Part shown: one piece after another, positions 49,849-64,000 of the stretch
Layout: each line of letters begins with the position of its first letter
Position numbering within the stretch: position 1 is the first letter of the stretch
From: Camelus ferus
Taxonomy: Eukaryota
NCBI RefSeq assembly: GCF_009834535.1
Contig: NC_045697.1
Span: 67,272,001 to 67,336,000 of the forward strand
Length of the DNA stretch: 64,000 bases
Reading direction: 5' to 3'
Notes under the pieces: model-generated
Seen by the model: the letters and a program-made list of their open reading frames with translations, nothing else
The model's database searches: none
What the model was told of the DNA's origin: nothing
Translations under genes and position numbers: made by a program

Positions 49849-51177
49849 GGCTTTGGACTAATGTTTAATTTTTCCTTCAGTTACACCAGTGTTAAAATAA
49901 GGATGGTATTACCACACTAAGATTAGTGAGAACATGAATTAGATAATGCCTGTCAAGTTCCTGTAGTTCATTAGAGAAAGATATTAATGTTCGTTTGTAA
50001 ATGACTGAAGATGTAAAAAATCAAGAATTTACTTGACTTCTTTTAATTTATATTATAAAACTTCAAGTATATTGGTATTTATTATACAAATAGGCAGGAG
50101 TAGAATGAATAAGAATATGACTATAAAATAAAATTACTCACATTTTAATATGTTACACAATTAAAAGAAGAAAAGTGGTGAAAATAGAGAATGTATTCCA
50201 GAATTAATCTTTTTACTGTAACCTGCCATTATGTCTCTATAGGCTCATAAAAGTTTCATATTCAAAATTTTAAAACCTGATTTAATTGGAGAAATTTTAA
50301 CCACAACTTTCTCAAGCAAACTTTTTTTTTTTTTAAATTGTAGTTCTTAGCCTGTATTGTGTGACTGATCCTCTTTGGTATCTCTTGAAAGTGGTGTCTC
50401 CTTTGCTTAGGTAAACACTATGTCCGTCAAAAGTCTTCACTGACAACAATCAGAACCAATTCTGGTCAGCTAAAGCAGAAACATGACTTACTAAAAGATT
50501 GTAATTAGCTTACAGAATATTTCAGTGGGTCAGAGAATTAGGCTTGGGGGCTATGTAGTTCAGAACAGTGCTCTGAATACTCCACTGTATGTTGTTGCTC
50601 ATCCAGGGCTTGTATCACCAACACTGGATGCTACTACAAGAAATTTGACTTCTGCAGCTTTTGGAAGCTAGATTCGGTTAATACTACCCTTGATAGAAAG
50701 AGAAGGATGAAAAAGCATATTCTTTTGTTTGTTCATTGATTTAGCCAATATCATGTAGTATCTACCATGCTATTAGGCACTAGGGAAATCATAGGGAATA
50801 ACAAAGGAGATAGTCTATGGATTTGATAAAGTTTCTGAGGAACTTAAAGGTAGTTGTGACTGAGTCAATGGGATTTGGTAAGAATTTTCTCTGGAAGTAA
50901 TTAATATTGTCAGCAAAAACTGTAGGACTGCTTTGGGAAAATGAGCTAGTGGAGAGTCAATAAACAAAGCTGTAGTATCATCCATAAAGCTGTAACATAA
51001 AATGGAAAAGTCCAGAGAGAACGTAAAAAAAAGCCCATAGAGTGGTGATATAAAAATGTCCACAATGGAATTAAACTATGGCTTAACAAATAAAGAAAAT
51101 TTATAATAAGACAAATTTGAAATATGCATATATAGATAATATTTAGTCTGAAGAGGCAAATAATGATTTGCAACCTT

Positions 51178-51561
51178 GTATTATGTTATAGCAAAATACC
51201 ACAAACTAGGTGGCTTAAACAACAGAAATTTATTTCTTAGACTTTTGGAGGCTGGATATTCTAGATAAAGATCCAGAAGAGTTTGGTATCTGGCAAGTGC
51301 TCTCTTCCTGGTCTGCAGACAGGTACCTTCTCACTGGGTCCTAACATGGCCTTTCCTCTGAGTGTGCACACAGAGAGACAGAAGTAGAGAGCTCTTTGAT
51401 ATCTTTTCTTATAAGGATACTAATTCCTTTGGATCAGGGCCCCACCATTATGACCTTATTTAACCTTAATTTTGTCCTTTTAGGCCCTATCTCAGTGCTG
51501 TCACTTTGGGGTTAGGGGCTTAGTCATATGAATTTTGAGAGGGTATAATTCAGTCCACAGC
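51178..51561 (-). mobile_element. MLT1A-like MaLR solo LTR
   Basis: aaataccacaaactaggtggcttaaacaacagaaatttattt...ttcttataagga...ggatcagggccccacc...aattcagtccacagca. Confidence 0.9.
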
Positions 51562-53451
51562 AAACATTGGGCGTATTTTATGTAATAATGTTGCTATTTT
51601 ATGATGGTTAGGGATTTTGTGGCTAAGCATGTTTTATCCAGTCACATGTTATTTTGAGATATGCTGGAGCAATACATATATATTTTGATATATATGATCA
51701 TATATGTAGTACACTGGTTTAAGTACACAGCATTTACTCAACATCTATTCTGTACAGAAGCTATAAGCTAGGCATTTTTGGGGGTACATACTTTTAATTT
51801 AATGCACATAATAGACTTTTAGCTATCTATAATTCATATTAACTTGAGTGAGATTGAAAATTGTCTTTAGGGAACCACTCCTACTCATGAGAACATAATG
51901 AGTAAGATGTAATAAAATATAACTTTATTTTATTTATTTTCCCTGGAGTTTCTTGAGAACTCTAAACCACAAGAACTTGTCTGTAGTTGGAATGCTGTTG
52001 TATAAAATTTGGAACTTAAAACCTAATACTTGTTGAACATAAGAGAGGCTACAGCACAGCAGTAATTGCTCTGAAAACTATAGCTCTACACCATTGTTTA
52101 ATCTAGCTAGAGTGTAGACTTAAAAGGTTTTTAATGTCTCTTAAGGTATTTTCAAATTCCAGATTTGCATTAATATAGCAAAAAGGCATAATGCAGTATT
52201 GAAAATGAAAGCAACCAAATAATGCAAACACAAAACCATTCCACATTCATCAGAGATTCCATACTAGAGTGGTGATTATAATCATGTCAGGCTTAGTGTA
52301 CAAATTTGTCTTCCTCTAAGATAGTTACTTGTATATTTTAAATTATAATGAATTATATAGTATTTCTTTCCTCTCAGCATCTAGTTTGTAGTGTAGAATC
52401 TGAAGTAAGTTTTCCTATGTCTGATATGCCTGATAATATTTTAGGTATTATATATTATTTAGATTTCCCCAAAGGTTGATACATGTTTCTTGTTTGCTTG
52501 TGGGTCGGACCACAGAGATTTGTTGAGCTGATTTTGTGTATTTCTTTCCTTGAGGGAGCACTTACTTTTCCCTGTTTAGAGCAGAAAGGCCCCAAGGTAC
52601 AATTTGTTTTCATCAAAGGATTTACTTTTTTATTTTGTGAACGTATTTATTAGGAAAATTGTTTGAACTAGAGCAGATTTTTTCATGATACATTATGAGC
52701 GTAGTTAAATTGGTGATCAGAGAGCCAGACAAATCAAGTCTTCTAAGAGACTGTGTATTTGTATTCAATAATGTTGACTAAAACAAAATTTTCCACAAGG
52801 CTCTGTAAACAATAGATTTATAGTTTTATAAAATAACAAATATCATTAGTGGTCATTTTAAGCAGTATTGACTTGTATTTTTTTATTTTTAATAAGGAAA
52901 ATTTGGAGTAATAATGTAAAATAATATATTTTATTCCTGTTCATTTTTTAATAAATATTTTATCTTACAGAATTCATATAAATGATTTATTTGGATTTTT
53001 GTTTAAACAGCCAAGTGCTAATATTGTTATATCATAGTAACATTTATTAATTTTCAGTGAAAAAAGGAATCTTTTACTAAAACATAAATACATCAATATT
53101 CCTAATTATTCTAAATAATAAGGAGAGAGTTTTGGTTATATTACTAAGATACACTAATCAGTTGGAAAATAACAAAATTAAATAATAGTTGAATTTTAAA
53201 TATATTCCATCTTTGTATATGAACATTATTTTTATTTATAACACTGGTTTAACTTATGTTAAACTATGTAATGTAGGCTAATTTACATGGAAAGATATGA
53301 AGAAAGTTCAGGTCTATTGTGTTTCAGAAACTTAGAAAATTTTCTAAATATTCATCCTAGCAGTGTGATTAAGATTTTAGAATAAACCCTTAAAATTAAT
53401 GTTTGTATTGTCTTTCTTTCATCATTATATCTATTCTTTGTTGATGTATTT

Positions 53452-53820
53452 GATAGCCAGAATAATGGTCCCCTGAGGTTGTTCACACCCTAATATCATG
53501 AATTTGTGAGTATGTTACATTTTGTGGCAAAGGGAAATAAAAGAACAGATGGAAGTAAAATTGCTAATCAGCTGACCTTAAGATAGGGGGCTTTTCCTGG
53601 ATTCTTTGATTGGGTCTAATGTATTCACAAAAATTTTTAAATGTGGAGGAGGGAGCTAGAAGAGATCAGTGATTCAATGTGGGGAAGAGTTGACCCACTG
53701 TTGCTGGCTTTGAAGGTGGAGAAAGGGGACACTAGCTATCAAGTGTGAATGGCTTCTGGAAGGTGAAGAAACTGGTTCTTCCTAGAGCCCGAAGAAAGGA
53801 ACACACCTGTGCTGATGATG
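53452..53820 (+). mobile_element. MLT1C/D-like LTR, lacking its 3' end
   Basis: cagaataatggtcccc...tatgttac...ggcaaaggga...gctaatcagctgaccttaagatagg...ttgctggctttgaag. Confidence 0.85.
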
Positions 53821-54075
53821 TTGTCAACTAGGAGTTACTCTCAGTTCCTAGAGGCTGCTCTCAGGTCCTAACTATTTGGCCTTCTCATAACATGACAACT
53901 TAATTCTTCAGTCAGCAGGAAAATCTTTCCAGCCTGATACAACAGTGTCTTATATAATGTAACCTAATCATTGAAGCCCTTCGTATTCGTAAGTCCTGCC
54001 TACACTCAAGAGGAACACATACACAGGGTGACTACACCAGGGGACAGGAATCTTCGGGGCCATCTTGTAGGTCTC
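53821..54075 (-). mobile_element. MLT1E/F-like LTR, 5' part
   Basis: ctctcagttcctagaggctg...aacctaatca...cacagggtg...ggaatcttcggggccatctt. Confidence 0.7.
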
Positions 54076-55329
54076 TCTCTTTTTCCACATTCACACACAC
54101 ACGCACACACACACATTTATTTCATCAGTGTAGACATATCAGCTTCTTATATTTATTTTTCCAATTTTTTTTACTAGTTCAGTCATAATATTTCTGTTTT
54201 AGTTACCAAATCCCATCTGATTAATGAAAACACCATTGAGAATATAAAGAGAATTTCTCTGTGCACTCTTTTCCCTCATAGCATTCAAATGCATATCCAT
54301 AATCACCAAAACTGCAGTTATTGACACTAACATTTCAGATAATCTGTTTTAATATATATTTATTAAAGAATTTTTTTCATCTGTGAGAGTTAAGTAAAAA
54401 TTAATTCACAGCTCTGCATCTCTGGTGATAAAAGAAACTGTAACTAAAAAATCTTCACACTGATCTGTGCTTTATATTCTCAGTGAGTCAGGTGATTAAT
54501 TAAATCCTAACACTCTTATGAAGGAGATTGGGTATTTTTATAAATGAGAAAAATTACAAGTAAGGTCTTAAATCAAGTTATTCTGATTATCCAGGAATGC
54601 ATGCCCCCAAATTAAGCATTTCTTATAGGGGATATAATTGAAAACTTTCCACTAAAAGATAACAAATGATAAAATATATTTATTTCTATAGTAAATTTCT
54701 AAAAGTATGTGATAATTTTGTGAGTTAAAAGAGGTTACAGGGTATGTAAAATACTGTGTGTATATAAAATTTTTAAGGACAGTTAAAAAATATGAATGAG
54801 GAGCTATGAAGCATTAGTTCTGTGCATATATGATAGACTCCTGTCCCCTGTGCTTAACCCTGTTTATTGGCTCAACTATGCTAACTACACACTAAAAATG
54901 AACCTCTTTATCACTGTGAATGATCTGTTTTTTTGTTAGTGCAACTTACAATTTTTCATATAACAAAAAATATGCTTAATATATTATGTTGAGATTTTTA
55001 CAGAATAAACTGTAGTTTAAATATATCTTAGCATTTTTCTAGAAGGATTGCAGTAGTTCGTTGGTGAGAAACCATCCCATCTTATGAAAGAAACTTATGT
55101 GGTTAACTAAAAAGAAACCATTAAGATCTGGGGGCCCAGGCAACCATGCACTATAAGTCCCATTTGGTTACAGGATAAAAAACATCATATTGATTTTATA
55201 AAAATCAAAAAGAAAGAAAAGAAAAAGTCACAAGTAATCCCATTACTATCTCCCCAAATACAACTGCTAATAAGGATAGATTTCCTTCTAGTCTTCCCTC
55301 TTTCTTTCAGATGTAGCTGCCATGTGAAT

Positions 55330-56512
55330 CAAGCATGTCTTGTGGGATATAATCACAAAGCACATTTATTCTTGTCTCCTCCTGTCTTTTTTCATTTATT
55401 GTGTTGACTAATTCTCCTTGCCCTAGTTCTTTTCCTGGATGTAATGTAGGGGAAGTCCCCAGGCTTATCTAGTCATTTTCAGATAATGAAATCTTCTACA
55501 AACAGTAGTATTTTCAGCCCACTGTGATATTCAGGGTTTAAAAATCATTCAAAATACTAGATACTTCCCCTTTTCCAGCTTAGGCTAAGCAACTGCAGTG
55601 GGAGAGAGGTATGTTTTCTCCTCTTTCCCTGACTGATGTCTTTGTCCCTCCTTCACCTTATCAGTAAGTGTCTGACCCTTGCAAGGAAATAAGTGAGGGG
55701 AAGAAGAAAGGAAGGGAGTCAGACACTTGTTTGATTGATACTGTTCAGAGTTGGGATGTGCTCTTTATCAGGGAGATATTTAAAACTATCCCTCATAGGA
55801 TACTTTCTTGGGTTCCTTGTATACTGCTCTGCATGACTTCTCTGACTAATGGGAATCTTTACCTGCTATTCCCTTGCCCAGGTAATGGCTTCTCCCTCTT
55901 TTTTCTCCCTGGGTCTCAGTGTTCCACTGCCACATAAACTTTCTCTCACTGATGGGATTCCATTGTCCTCTGGATGGCAATCCTGGGCAGGATCACTGCC
56001 AGCCCACCAGGCTGTCTCTCACATGGTGCCACATCTGGTTCCCCCAAAATACTGTCAGGAAAAACTAGAGAAGATAGGTAGATACCAAGGTAAAAGCACC
56101 CCTACTTCCCTCAGCAGATTAACTTGCCAGGGAATTACTCATCCTCAGGTTCCTCAAACTCCTTCTGATATCAGCCCACCATGTACACCAACTGCAGGTG
56201 ACAGACATTAAGCCCCTTGAGTAGTTTCCTCATTGTCCTCTCTCTTTAGTTGAGGAGGATGGAGAATTCCATTCATTCTCCTTTCTTAAAGCAGGAGAGT
56301 AGATGGACTCCACCCATGCACACCAGCACACCAAAGACTAAGCCCACTGTTCTAATCTTCTTCACCTCTTGATGTGAATGAGAGGGTTGGAAGCAAATGG
56401 TTTTCCATAACCTCCTGTTGCAAGTTATACATGATGGTTTTACACTTCATTTTGGAATCTATTTTCTTGGTCCTCAGCAGAAACTAAACTATTTCTGTTT
56501 TAGCATTGTGTC
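55330..56512 (-). mobile_element. Possible ancient long LTR (LTR78-like)
   Basis: GC-richer block bounded by tgtgtcaca at the right and an antisense AATAAA near 55367; family uncertain. Confidence 0.35.
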
Positions 56513-57413
56513 ACACTAGCTTTTAAAAATGAACATGTGCTTACGTACATTAAATACATAGTTTCCTTAACAATCTTGCAATTCAATTCTGTATCATGTT
56601 TCATTCAATTATTAAATTCTAAACATTCTCCATCTTACTATATATGTTGTTTGAAAACATGATTTTAATGACTATAATATTTAATAATATAGACATACTA
56701 TCAATTACTTAATCATTTTCCATTGTTGGGCATCCATATGAAATCTGATTTCTAAGTCTTATATATTATATTGTAATGGGCATCTTTTAACCAATTTTTC
56801 TTACTAAGAGGGTATTGCAATTTATATTCTCACCAGTATTGTTTAAACAAGTTCACTTTTGATAACCTTGACCACACTTCTTTCAATTTAATATGTAAAA
56901 TGGTATTTCATTGATTTGTTCATTTGCACATATTTGGTAATGTGAAATGAACAGTTTTTGATTATTGGGGTTTTTTTTGCCTTATCTGATATTCACTGTC
57001 TTTTAATAAATGCTATTTGTGCCTTTGTCTTTCACTTATTTTTGAGAAAGCTTTCTGTATTTCCTCTTCTCTTTTCCTTGAATGGCTTAAAACTATAGTT
57101 TGCAGTTGTTCCTTTAGAGGTTATCTTAAAAATTTTAATGCAAAATCTTTACCAAAATTTTTTTTTTAAACAAGGCCTGCATTTAGCAGTAACACTTTCT
57201 CACCTAATTTAGGGTAATTTACAGGCCTAGTGAACAGTCCCGTATTACATTCTCCTAAAACCATACTCTCCTAAAATTTGGTACTAGTTTTTGTATCAAA
57301 AATATCAATGTTTTAACAAAATAGTTGCATTTTACTGAATTCCACTAGTTTCAAACTTCTTCTTAATTATGGGCAGTTTTTCATGAAAGTGTGAATGTTA
57401 AGCACGTTAGGTT

Positions 57414-57722
57414 AGCACTGTCCAGTATCAGTACAGTGCAGATCACAAATAAAAGTCATACATGTAATTGAAAATTTTCTAGTAGCCACACTAAAGAAAG
57501 GAAAAATGATAACGTTGATTTCAACCTTAATAATGTATTTTTGTTTAATGTATTCAGAGTAATACAATTTCAACTAAAATGTTAATTGAATTTTTACTTT
57601 TTTTATACTATGTCTTTGAAGTTCAAGGTGGATTTTCCACATACAGCAGATCTCCATTCAGAGTAGATTTCAAGTTCTTATTAGACATCTATTACTGGTG
57701 GCTTGTGTATCAGACAGTGCAG
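57414..57722. mobile_element. MER33 (hAT-Charlie) MITE
   Basis: gcactgtccag...atgtaattgaaaattttctagtagccacactaaa...gacagtgcag with inverted ends. Confidence 0.8.
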
Positions 57723-57779
57723 TCCTAAGTATTTAAGTCTTTCATTTTAAAAGCTCAAGATGAAAACAGTTCCATTTTT

Positions 57780-59680
57780 ATACCCCTATTATTACCTCTT
57801 GTATTGCTCTTCCTCCCTCCCTGGTGTTTCAAGTTTCCCTTTGTTACCATTTTCTTTCTGATCGAAGAACTTCCATTAGCCTTTCATGTGGTCTCGTCTG
57901 CTGGCAATAAATTATCTTAGTTATCCTCATCTGAAAATGTCTTTATCTTCCCTTAATTCCTAAGGTACACAGAAATTTGTTCTGGATTGAAGTTCTTTCT
58001 GCACTTGAAAAATGTTTTGCCAGTTCCTTATGACCTTCATGGTTTCAGATGAGAAGTCTACTGTTACTTGAATTGTTTGTTCCCTGAGGTAATGTGTCAT
58101 CTTGTGCTAGCTGTTTTATCTTTTTTCTCTGTCTTTATTTTTCTTAAATCTGATTATGATGTATTTTGGTGTGGGTTTATATGAATTTATACTTTTCAGA
58201 ATTCATTCATCTTCTTGATTATGAAGGTTTGTACCTCTTGCCAAATTTGGGAAAATTTTAGCGATTACTTTAAATAATTTTTGAGATTGACACTTCTTTA
58301 TCTTCTCTTTCTAGGACTTAATAATACACATTTTAGATCTTCTTTATTGTCTACATGTTCCTGAAGCTTTTTTCATTTTTAAATTTTCAGCCTATTTTCT
58401 TTCTGTTGTTCAGATTGGGCAATTTTTACTGAGTGGTCATCAAATTTATTGATTCTTTATTCTGTCACTCTATTCTGTTATTGAGCAACTTTTTGTTTCT
58501 TGTATTTCTCCATTCTATAATTTCCATTTGGCTCTAGTTTTTTAACCTTATTATTATTATTTTTTGCTATAATTTCCTGTTTTTTCTCCTTGTTTCAAGA
58601 GTGTTTGTAATTGCTCACTGAAGTATTTTTAAATGGCTGCATTGACATCCTTATCAGATAATTCTCATAGCTGATTCACCTTGAGGTTGGTGTCTGTTGT
58701 CAATTCTTATTCCAGTTGTGATTTTCCTGTTTGTTGATATGATAAGGAATTTTCACATATATCCTGGACATTTTGGATATTATGTTTTTAGACTCTGGGT
58801 CCTGTTTAAATCTTCTGTTTTATCAGATAGTTGACACATTTAGGTTTAGCATACAGTTTCTGTTTAGTTTTCAGTCTTGCAGTGGTAGTCTGCTCTGCCT
58901 TGTTTGTGTGGTATCAGGGGCTAGTCTGAAAACCCTAGTGGTTTTCCAAACATTGTCCAGGTCTCAAATATTCTGCTGTGCTGAATCTTGTCAATTTCTC
59001 ATGTGGGCTACTCAGGAGCCTACCTTGAACTTCATATATAGATTTAGCAAATCCCTTTCACTAGCTCCCTCCACTAAAACTCTGATTGGGAGAGAAAGGG
59101 GCTTCCTCTTGTCTGTACAGAAAGGTGGTGTAAGTTTTCCTTTTGGCCTCGGTGGACACTAGCATAATTGGGTTAGTGTAATGCCACCCACTTCAGATGG
59201 GTAGGGTTCCCACTCAGCCACCACTAACACCATCTGAGCATTAAAAACAGAACACTGTCTACTACAACCTAATGGTTCTCCATATAGCCTCTAATGACAT
59301 GATGGGGAGAGGAAGAATGTAAGAGAAAGGGGGAGGTTAGTGAGGTATTCGATGAAGAAGTTTTCGCTTCTTGCAGTTAACTTTTTTTTTTTTTTGATTC
59401 TTTGGCTAGAGAGAGCAGTCTTTTCTTGAACCATTTTTTGTTGTGCCTTTTGGCATTTCTGGGTTGCCATGTTCTCCAGACCTCAGTCTGGAATACATGA
59501 AAAGAAAAAAGATAACCCAGAAAACACTGCTGTGTCATTCTTCAAATCCCAAGACCTGTCTTCTTCCTACCTTTTACACACTTCTGTTATTTGTTGTATT
59601 ATGCTCAGAGTTTTACTTGTACTTAGCAGAATTAGTAGGGTGAAAGAATTCTATTCCATCTTGTGTAGAACTGGAATTCC
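57780..59680 (-). mobile_element. Old L1M ORF1 / 5' region
   Basis: catctgaaaatgtctttat, catggtttcagatgagaagtc, ccaaatttgggaaaatttta, ttgttcagattggg. Confidence 0.75.
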
Positions 59681-62180
59681 TATTGAACAAAATTTACCTT
59701 CATTGTTGTTGTCAGTGCCTATTTATAAATAATTTTGAAACAATTCAAATATAATAACATTCATAAATATTGTTTTTCCATTCAGTGTACATATTTATTT
59801 TTAAAATGCTATGCTATAACAGCTGATCAAGTTAAAGAATCCTAGTTGACATAAAATTAGTTATCCTGTAAGATAAAACTTTGGTTTATTAATTTGGTAA
59901 CATATCTTCCTAAACAAGAAGTGATTTTTCCCTAATTAGCTTTCCTTCTCAGTATTTGAAGTCTTAATCCTAAAGGTAAGATTCAAAACTTGAGAATAAT
60001 TCATTACAATATTTAATCTTCTGAGTGCTTTAACAATTTGAAAGAAATGACAAGGATTATTCAAGGCTTATGCTGTTAAGAGGCTCTAATTATGTTTAAT
60101 AATATTCTACTAGAGTTAATACTGCTTATTAAATGAATAGACTTGTTTATCAGAAGGGTATATGCCCAATTCTGCAAACATTTTTCCACTGATTTTTGCA
60201 AAGATGTTTAAGATGTTTCAAGACTATGTCCATGAAACACTTACATGTTGTTATGATTTTTGTTTATCTTTAAAAATGCACATGAAGTTATATAAGGAGT
60301 AATATATTTTCATATATTTAAGACTCAGACTCATACATTGTAATGCAAACTTTTAAAATGTATTTCATACATGAGCAGTTGCCTCCTGATAATGTACATA
60401 ATTGTAGTTTTAAAAATTTACAGTATCATTTAACATATATGCTATTATGTTGCTGACAGAGCTTTTCCAGGCTCTCATGAAAATATAAGATGAATATCAA
60501 AATATTCTTAAGTAATTTATTCTTTTATAATCATATTAGGTATCAGAAGAAGTATTTTGTTTACATTTTGTTCCCCTACACAGTTTAGTTGAGAAAAGTG
60601 TATACATTATGTATATTGTAGTTCATCTCAGAATTAGGATTTATAAATTCAGTAAAGCATATTTTTGTTACATGGGATTATTTATTGGCTATTTATTTTT
60701 ATATTTTACTACTAGTGTCTGATGTAATACTTCAAATGCAAACATTTTGGATTAATACATTAATTAAAATGAGTATAGTTAGTAAAATGTGTGAAAAAAT
60801 TACAAGTGTGATGTTTTTCAGTACTTTAAACATCTGGGATTTATGACAGTTGTGCTAAAAGAGGTAATGTGGAATTGTGGCCAGCAAGCTATGTTCTCAG
60901 CTCAGTTCCATGAATGATTTACTGACAGTTCATCAAGCTGCTGCTTAAAGCTATATGAGAAGGACCCTATATATGAGCTCTTTCTTTTGTAGATGTTGTG
61001 AGATGTTGCCTCAAAAGCATTATTAGTGCCTTAGAAGAAGGTATTTTAAAATATAAAGAACTATGTTCTTAAGTAATATGGCCTCCTTGAAGAAAAGAAA
61101 CTATATATTCTCACATTTAAATATTCTTCAGGGATCAAATCTCTTGTGTGTAGAGGCTAGAGTGGTACAGTTCTCTGTACTTAGCAATAATGAAGTGGGA
61201 GGTATATAAAGGCAGGCCACAGATAATGCACAGGCTGCAGTATGGAAAGCCTTCTGCCTCAACTTCCACAACATAATACATAAAAAATAAGTCACAAAAT
61301 TATGTCTAGGATGATAATTACAGCTCTTCACTGTCCAGTGATACCCAAATTGGCACTTAGAGTCTATCGCTGTGAACATTGTCATTGGAAGTATATAGGG
61401 GATGTCATCCTTTAGAACTGTTTAGAAATGCCAGTTAATTTTGCCTTGATTCATATTTAGCCACATCTCTAGTGATATTTCACAGGATATTTCAGTGGGA
61501 TATCTAGACAATAGGAAACTCCCTATATTTTCAACAACAGATTTCATTTGTATTTTTTCCCTTATAAATCCTGTGTTGGAAGATATTTTCTCTACCATAT
61601 CACCAGATTAATTTGCAGTCATTTATTTATTAAACAAGTAATATTGATTACCTACTATTAATCAAACGCTATTTTAGGTCTTGGAGACACAGCTCTTCTC
61701 CTGGAGCTAAAAACATTTCTCTAGTTCATGTAATCAAAGACATGAGCACATTTCTAACAGCTTCTGATTATTGAATTAAACACCAGAGCTATTATACTGA
61801 GTTGATATAACCAAGCAAAAACAAATTATCGTGGTGATTTGCTTAACTATTTAAGCTTATATATCTTATGTTTCTAAATTTAGAAAATAGTCCAACAGCC
61901 TTTCATTACTAACTCCTGACACCTCAGGGTACAGAGAATCCTTCTGGGCAATTGCCCTATAGCTTGAAACTTTTGATTTTAAACTAAGATCATTTGAGAA
62001 AAGTTTATCTTGACCTATTCTCTACTCTATTTGGTTAACCATATAGTTGCTGTATTTGGCTGAGCACTCTTAGGAATAAAATTGGACAAAAAGTAAAACT
62101 CTAAAATTGCTCATGTTAATATCTCATATTTTCTCTTTCTATTTTTCATTGTATTCTGAATTTTTAAATACTATTCCTAA

Positions 62181-62801
62181 TGTCAAATCCAAGTTTGTGT
62201 TCCTTACACACAGTGAAGCCAAACAAACCAAAATTTCAGAATTTGGAGCAAAGAAAGATTTATTGCAAGGGCCAAGCAAGGAGAACGGGCAGCTCATGCT
62301 CAAAAAGCCCAAAAATCTGTGATGGGTTTCAGGGAAGAGTTTTTAAAGGCAAATCTGGAGGGAGGGCTGCAGGGTATGTGATTAACTTCCTTGTGATTGG
62401 TTGGTGGTGAGGTAATGGGGTGGTGTTCCAGAAATCTCAGTCATCAGCCCTCTGATTCCAACCAGTCTTGGGTACACATGCTTGTGCTCAGCCTGAAGTT
62501 ACCATCATCTACCTGAGTGGGGATCCCAGCTCCTGTAGAGCTCAGAAATACGTATCAGATTGCTATGCATATCCCACAAGAAGGAACCAGGACCCTGCCC
62601 CATCACTGCACTATTGTTTATTGACTGCCTTTCCTTTGTTTCTGCATTCCCTCCCTTCCGTAGTTAGTAACTTTTTGAATCTGCCCTTTGGAACTCAGGG
62701 ATGGTCTAGGAGGCTGAAACCTTTTTCCTACAAACAAGAAATGGGGGACATGGAAAGGCTTTTGTACCTAGGAGGGCCCCACAGGACCCTACTGGGCTTC
62801 A
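62181..62801 (-). mobile_element. ERV1-class solo LTR, Laurasiatherian type
   Basis: TG...CA termini, antisense AATAAA (gatttattgc ~62258), antisense CCAAT (tgattggtt), well-preserved LTR-like body. Confidence 0.8.
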
Positions 62802-62884
62802 CTGTTACTTACTTAATAAAATCCAGTCTATATAGAAATTATATGCCTGATATTGTTGTATGAAATTCTCCAGGAAGAAACGGG

Positions 62885-62903
62885 GTGTGTGTGTGTGTGT
62901 GTG
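62885..62903. repeat. (TG)n microsatellite
   Basis: Seen directly. Confidence 0.9.
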
Positions 62904-63223
62904 CGTGCACATTTGTTAAGGGTATTTGACAAAGCTTTATCTTTAGTCTGGACATTTCCCAAATAGACATGTTCTTTGTTTAAGCCCTCTTGACTGACAT
63001 TTATGTCACTGTAATGCAAAATTGGTTATATAATTTTAAAATGTTATATACAGTAAAAAAGTAGTGGCATTCAAGATTATATAGCTTATCCTTTTTTTTT
63101 TTTCAAAAAAATTTCAAAATCTTACATCTTTATTCCTATTTCATCTGTGCTTTTATTGTATCCCTGAAATTACTTCAGGAATATAATTTTGATGTGCCAC
63201 TTTTCCGTGTATTATCTTAGCAG

Positions 63224-63530
63224 TGTGTGGGAGACTGAACTTGAGGGCCCCCAGTGACACATGTCCCTTGATAGTCATGTTCTTGTAAGTCTTCTTCCAT
63301 ATCAACTGCAGGCAGGGCCATGTTGAATTTTTGGCCAATTCAACACTAACACTGGACATTAAACTGTCCTCTTGGAATATTCTTCATGGATTTCAGGTAC
63401 TACTTATATGAGGAATGCCAAGTATCCACATGAACTGGTCCACATAGAATAAAACTGTGGTCTCTAGCTGACAATCTTAGCTGTAGATTGTGTGAATGAA
63501 ATCATTTTGACCTCTAATTTTGCCCAATAA
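63224..63530 (+). mobile_element. MaLR MLT1 LTR remnant
   Basis: tgtgggagactgaa...ggccccagtga...gtcatgttcttgtaa start motif. Confidence 0.55.
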
Positions 63531-63559
63531 TACCACATGGTAGGGGAGGAAACATTTTC

Positions 63560-63943
63560 TACCAAGTAAGTGACCAGAACAGAAAGCTTTTGTACATTTT
63601 AGATAAAGAAACAATAAATTCATGAGGAAATGACAAGACAAAAGGGTTTCGGCTGGGGAAGTAAATTGCTGGAAAGTGACTAGTTAATAAGTGGGGAGTA
63701 AACAGCTAGAGGAAGACAATACTATTTTAGTAAATTTGTATAAATCAATTTCAATGTTGAATCCCAGTCCCTGGTACAGGAAGGGTACCCTTTTTATGGA
63801 AAATTTTATGACCTGTTTTAGGTAGAAAGGGTAGGTTAGACAGCCCTTCCTGTATCCACCATTTCTCAGGTGCCTTAAGCTCAAAAAAATCAGTATGTGA
63901 AAATAGCATATTTTGGGGTGACATGTCTTGAACTTCTTTAACA
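63560..63943 (-). mobile_element. MER34-like ERV1 LTR
   Basis: ggaaaattttatgacctg...gccttaagctcaaaa...gcatattttggggtgacatg...ttctttaaca. Confidence 0.75.
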
Positions 63944-64000
63944 TGAAGCTAGAAGTTAGAACTTATGGGAGAAGTTAAGGTTGGAGATGGATCTTTTGGG

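Noticed and set aside
1..64000. Supplied ORFs as protein-coding genes
   Set aside because: All are short. Many begin at GTG/TTG or lie in repeats or microsatellites, and none matches a cellular protein I recognise.

Overview
This is AT-rich mammalian genomic DNA, most likely camelid, because it carries a tRNA-Ala-derived SINE resembling the camelid Vic-1 family at 5925-6075. It is intronic or intergenic in character and dominated by interspersed repeats: MIR, L2, several ages of L1, ERVL/MaLR/ERV1 LTRs, and hAT and Tigger DNA transposon fossils. I recognise no protein-coding gene. The supplied ORFs are chance ORFs or decayed repeat coding sequence; three are informative (hAT TTF-type zinc finger, ERVL dUTPase, ERVL gag). 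The main functional signal is one CpG-island promoter near 29.2-29.6 kb with YY1, NRF1, CCAAT, ETS-like and tandem CRE half-site motifs. Several well-formed minus-strand candidate exons (48.7 kb, 31.8 kb, 23.3 kb, 6.5 kb) suggest a spliced transcript running right to left, either a lncRNA or the 5' UTR of an unidentified gene. I found no convincing novel multi-gene system. The best second-look items are this transcript and promoter, a perfect 21-bp hairpin inside an ancient LTR, a locally templated copy of an L1 segment, and a SINE with a doubled tail. Repeat family names and boundaries come from recalled consensus sequences compared by eye and are approximate.
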